A stretch of 64,000 nt of DNA from the NCBI GenBank assembly GCA_038874655.1, contig JAVZBY010000003.1, positions 9,808 to 73,807 of the forward strand, written 5' to 3'. The notes beneath the pieces are model-generated. The model was not told the origin of the DNA. It ran no database searches and was given only the letters and a program-made list of their open reading frames with translations. The DNA comes from Candidatus Woesearchaeota archaeon. Its GTDB lineage: Archaea > Nanobdellota > Nanobdellia > Woesearchaeales > GW2011-AR15. Position 1 is the first letter of the stretch; the number at the start of each line of letters is the position of its first letter. Positions 62,401 through 64,000 of the stretch are shown in pieces. The position numbers and the translations under genes are program-made.

Positions 62401-63934
62401 CATTTAATATAATTTCATCAGCTTTAGGTGGTTCAGTATAGAAAGATAATTCTAAGATCTCACTTTCATGATTACTTTCAGATAAATTTTCAGAATCATT
62501 TTTCTCAAAGACTAAAACAACATCATTAACATTATCTAAATTCAAGTTTATGTTATTAAGATTTTGTAATTCAGAATTAAGTTCATTCAATTTATTTAAC
62601 AATAAATTAGCTTTATCTTTGCTTACAGGTTTTTCTAATTCTTTTAACTCTGATTTAATTTTTTTAACTTTATTAAATTGTTCAACATCAATTAAGTTTT
62701 TATCTGCATACACATATGGCTTAATATCATCATTACTAAAAGAGATGTTAAAAGCAGATTTAGGCAATATAGTATAATTAGTAATAGACAAATTAATTTT
62801 CTTTTTCCATAAAACTGGCTCATTAATTTTAGCACTATAATTAAAATCAATAACACCAATTTCCTCAGAACTTAGATTCAAAGTTAAATTAATTATTTGC
62901 AATGTTTCATTAACTAAAGTTTCATTCAAAGTTTCATTTAAGAAAGTTTCATTTAAACTCTCATTAACAAAAACATTTTCAATAAAAGTGTATTCAATTG
63001 AACTTAAATTTAAAACAGCATTCTCAACTATAATCTGTAAAACTATTTCATCGCCATAATTATACAATTTGCATGTTTCTAAACAATAATTACTGAATAA
63101 AAGCACTCTTTCTTCAATAGTTATATTTTCACTAGCATTACTCTCTGTGATTGTTTCATTAATAATTATTTCTGGAATAATTACATCTGTAAAATTGGTT
63201 TCATTAAACTCATATGCTATATTTGTATTGTTATCTATAATATTTTCTTCAATTATAGTTTCATTTAATATTGTTGTTTCATTTAAACTTTGATTTAAAC
63301 TTATTTCAATTATTTCCTCATTAATAACTTCATGACTATTATTTAAAGAAATATTTTCTAAATTAGAACTTTCTCCAACAGAAAAATTTTCATTAATTAT
63401 ATTATTTTCTTCAATGGTTTGAGTTTCTTCTGTAATTTCAATTAACTCTTGATTATTAACAGAGGGATTAACCTCATTATTAGTTAAATTATTTTCTTGA
63501 TTATATTCTTGAACAATATCTTCAACAACTAAACCTGTTAAAATATTTTTTCTATTAAGTTCATTTGAATCAAAAACCAATTTTGAATTATTACTTTTAT
63601 CAATCAATAAAACCTTTACAGAACCATTTCCTATTATAGAACCAGTTATTTTTAGAGATGTTAAATTTCCATTAACATTAAATCTTAGAACATTATTATC
63701 ATAAAACTCTTGATTAACATTAATAACTTCTTTTATTTCTGTATTGCCAAAAATTAAAAACCCTGTTAAATTTTGACCAAATAAATTATAAAATAAACCT
63801 ATTGAAAATATTGTTATTATAAATAATAACACATACGACTCATGCTTCATTAACCTCTTTATTTTTCTATCTCTTTGCTCTCTCCTCTCTGCCTCTCTAA
63901 TTGCCTTTATAAACTCTTGTAAGGGTGATGTCAT
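56477..63934 (-). CDS. 2485-aa surface adhesin: TM, acidic glycosylated stalk, three Ig/LamG modules, beta-propeller, C-terminal subunit-like domain
   Basis: LamG motifs FSISVWI...WYNIVGVY...LYING...INIG...FNGIIDEVKIFN x3; VDSxNNIYVAG...KY..G..LWN blades; C-terminal IDFG/IENNGN domain. Confidence 0.88.
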   Translation of the reverse strand: MTSPLQEFIKAIREAERREQRDRKIKRLMKHESYVLLFIITIFSIGLFYNLFGQNLTGFLIFGNTEIKEVINVNQEFYDNNVLRFNVNGNLTSLKITGSIIGNGSVKVLLIDKSNNSKLVFDSNELNRKNILTGLVVEDIVQEYNQENNLTNNEVNPSVNNQELIEITEETQTIEENNIINENFSVGESSNLENISLNNSHEVINEEIIEISLNQSLNETTILNETIIEENIIDNNTNIAYEFNETNFTDVIIPEIIINETITESNASENITIEERVLLFSNYCLETCKLYNYGDEIVLQIIVENAVLNLSSIEYTFIENVFVNESLNETFLNETLNETLVNETLQIINLTLNLSSEEIGVIDFNYSAKINEPVLWKKKINLSITNYTILPKSAFNISFSNDDIKPYVYADKNLIDVEQFNKVKKIKSELKELEKPVSKDKANLLLNKLNELNSELQNLNNINLNLDNVNDVVLVFEKNDSENLSESNHESEILELSFYTEPPKADEIILNENKKHVVISSDLHYENVLAYTNIKESKKENIKVYWFKDDQKILFENVNYFDTNDNGLIDKIEWIVPHLSNQTFEISIIVLNPYTYLKDNEIWIVAFNTSGIANLSISSTNANWTEISVDNNQTFDEMLFLNLSCGNYPLLDKLLIVDVNNITYNYSDLSENSVKIKKLFIPNFECNQTAYLKNYMIKAGYATLLFEFENDLAYVSDYAYDPSYYYYVEFSNISGCNAVGGCVNAQAFFDGNWFTGSEANDYYISSIYYKPNNVTNVKIISNLNNNITLPQSCVVREHNISVYYHILASQAIDLIVHCIEFNNSDRIIYSSEIGEFPDIIYFYEEGLWFFINNTEPIHDNPQINPQTPTLNKTIFCDTTNLIDYEDHFIRNITTWYINNKSIYSLNLPFEGGSTSGDNFSNGSTRDYVSLKNVSVVNATYLQFSGIIGGAYFFDGDYDYISVPSNNDLRPYNNFSISVWISLNSNNTNQTIISSDSDGGNDDGYFLRITDQGRVSFAVLNSNGYALQNVTSNITLGKNIWYNIVGVYNNSEISLYINGLLVGRKIGNGNVVYTVNNSINIGRIGGTYQPNTEFFNGIIDEVKIFNIPLSISYINSIIYPFSFSNKEQFLDLKYLNLKLNDEIKCSITPNDGYVDGITKNSSSVKIYPSAPTHDDPYITPNPANIFSDLTCNANNVFDAEGDQVVNITTWYKNNQSIYLLYLPFEGGSITGTYSKNGSTLDYVSFTNASVVNATFDTTAGIIGGAYVFNGNYQYIVFPSNPNLRPYNNFSVSAWIYLFDNNTYQMIISTDEDGGGDDGYGLQISNESRVRFFASNNNGFASQNITSNTVLGKRKWYYIVGVYDNSKLLLYVNGVLDNSKQANGNVIYTVNKSINIGRRGGIGLPNTQFFNGTIDEVKVYNFVLSDQQIYNDYLLGISGKLSNIISFTNTNFEDEWKCSITPNDGYQDGITKNSSSVKIKLNDAPTHDNPYITPDPAYTFNNLTCNANNVFDADGDQVVNITTWYKNNQSIYLLYLPFEGGSNNTFTKDYSGYNTSINFSNNLNWSRKFGKVFGGYNFNGTNFIYVNNTNLLKSNNISISLWIKPTRFDVIDNILSNGIYSIFLLNGYPGVSLNENNKNKTLYEFRKNYFLNDLNDDTYYEYLTDLIVDNEDNFIAVGAGNNNPYSIDQIIMKFSPNGTLLFNYTYPNLGHDRYLGVDVDSRNNIYVAGYIYDSVVGHSHYLVKYNSTGTYLWNRTFNPTSGTDLYNDVLVYNDTLIIAVGIKATTVYDWFVSAFNENGVNLWNYTPQISSGIDSANIIVKALDGSYYIGGYDQLLGNFQYRIVKFSPTGVNLFNITTNPTIYNDTLQDMKVDSEDNLIIAGIANQPIDSYINVMKFDKNGNNLWNYILNPTPFNDSIQKILIDSNNDIYGLGFYWLNSTNNVIFVFKLNKTGSQVYNFTLDLSNYKDVFQVGTFDSRENLILGGRYSINTTDSALIIRKFGNEVISNETIKQNNWTHLLLTLNRDIFKLYVNGMNKNSSQVNSNISNSILNLVIGASSGLSNWALHNTGKAPYNGFIDEIKIYNYILSDEEILNEYNYGILNRTNNELLRYAFNLNDELICSVTPNDGYQDGITKNSTKVRINLNSPPRVSNIQILPNEPNTTSNLNCYATIVDDLNTSLRVEYFWYNGTNLFSSGNVSVNNNTNTLISFIASSNTKKNEIWNCTIKAYDGIDSSNYNSTKTTIVNSPPTIPILITPTNNNHTIHERKPLFLFNSSDLDYDDINYTINISFSSTFECGPDVSINVSDTSYQPNYDFCVDRLINWSVRAYDGFNYSLWSLAWNFTIESFLSINLTVNSIDFGIMNILESKDTDNGYPPLIIENNGNIVVNITRIGANQSPFIMAPLNTIYFRYKADNTSEMPSFDYANSQTEWANMTDISISNSTLLRNLNYSDEHDTAQIDINITVPMYEPGGPKYVTIYIVGEQA
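59319..60375. repeat. 118-bp near-identical direct repeats within the adhesin (59319-59436 and 60258-60375)
   Basis: One mismatch seen; offset 939 bp, in frame. Confidence 0.8.
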
Positions 63935-63999
63935 TTTTTATCACCCCTCTTCTTCTTTAATGCCCTATTATATATTGTCCAAATAGTTCTATCATCTCT
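63931..63999 (-). CDS. 3' end of a probable HTH DNA-binding protein, coupled to the adhesin; truncated by window edge
   Basis: Hand translation ...RDDRTIWTIYNRALKKKRGDKK*; TGA overlaps the adhesin ATG; resembles a recognition helix. Confidence 0.55.
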   Translation of the reverse strand, partial: RDDRTIWTIYNRALKKKRGDKK

Positions 64000-64000
64000 A

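Noticed and set aside
300-62777. Many short ORFs antisense to or nested within confident genes (for example 300-581, 7967-8485, 22429-22677, 32452-32919, 53823-54146)
   Set aside because: Shadow frames of AT-rich genes, F/L/S/I-rich, with no motifs
62900-63320. NET(L/F/I) micro-repeats in the adhesin
   Set aside because: Ordinary N-glycosylation-rich acidic stalk, not a separate element
1-64000. Stop-codon reassignment, prophage or integrative element at tRNA-Pro
   Set aside because: TGA, TAG and TAA all end conserved genes at the expected positions; no integrase, capsid gene or tRNA 3' duplication seen

Overview
Very AT-rich archaeal DNA using the standard stop codons. Archaeal markers include Rpo12/RpoP, L37ae, Pcc1, prefoldin beta, class I CCA enzyme, type II MetAP, HerA/Mre11 and Trm11. 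Gene content and surface-protein style suggest a DPANN archaeon, probably Woesearchaeota-like (inference). Housekeeping genes (hisS, cysS, gatCAB, AlaX, tRNA-Pro, rpe/rpiB) are interspersed with about five toxin-antitoxin-like modules, a small IS remnant and many large secreted proteins. The main candidate for an undescribed system is the minus-strand cluster at 51563-64000. It encodes two tandem paralogous subunit-like proteins, a divergent third one, an 83-aa membrane peptide with two copies of the subunits' N-terminal strand, two paralogous membrane-anchored Ig-like proteins and a 2485-aa LamG/beta-propeller adhesin. The adhesin's C-terminal domain is clearly homologous to the subunits. This looks like a donor-strand-type fimbria with a tip adhesin. 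Other highlights: a predicted SD-sequestering pseudoknot ahead of a duplicated small basic protein, a VPHLS (putative autoproteolysis) motif shared by two giant surface proteins, a pilin-like carrier family with swapped cargo domains, four genes missed by the ORF track, and two +1 frameshifts. All family calls come from motif recognition by eye; no database searches were run.
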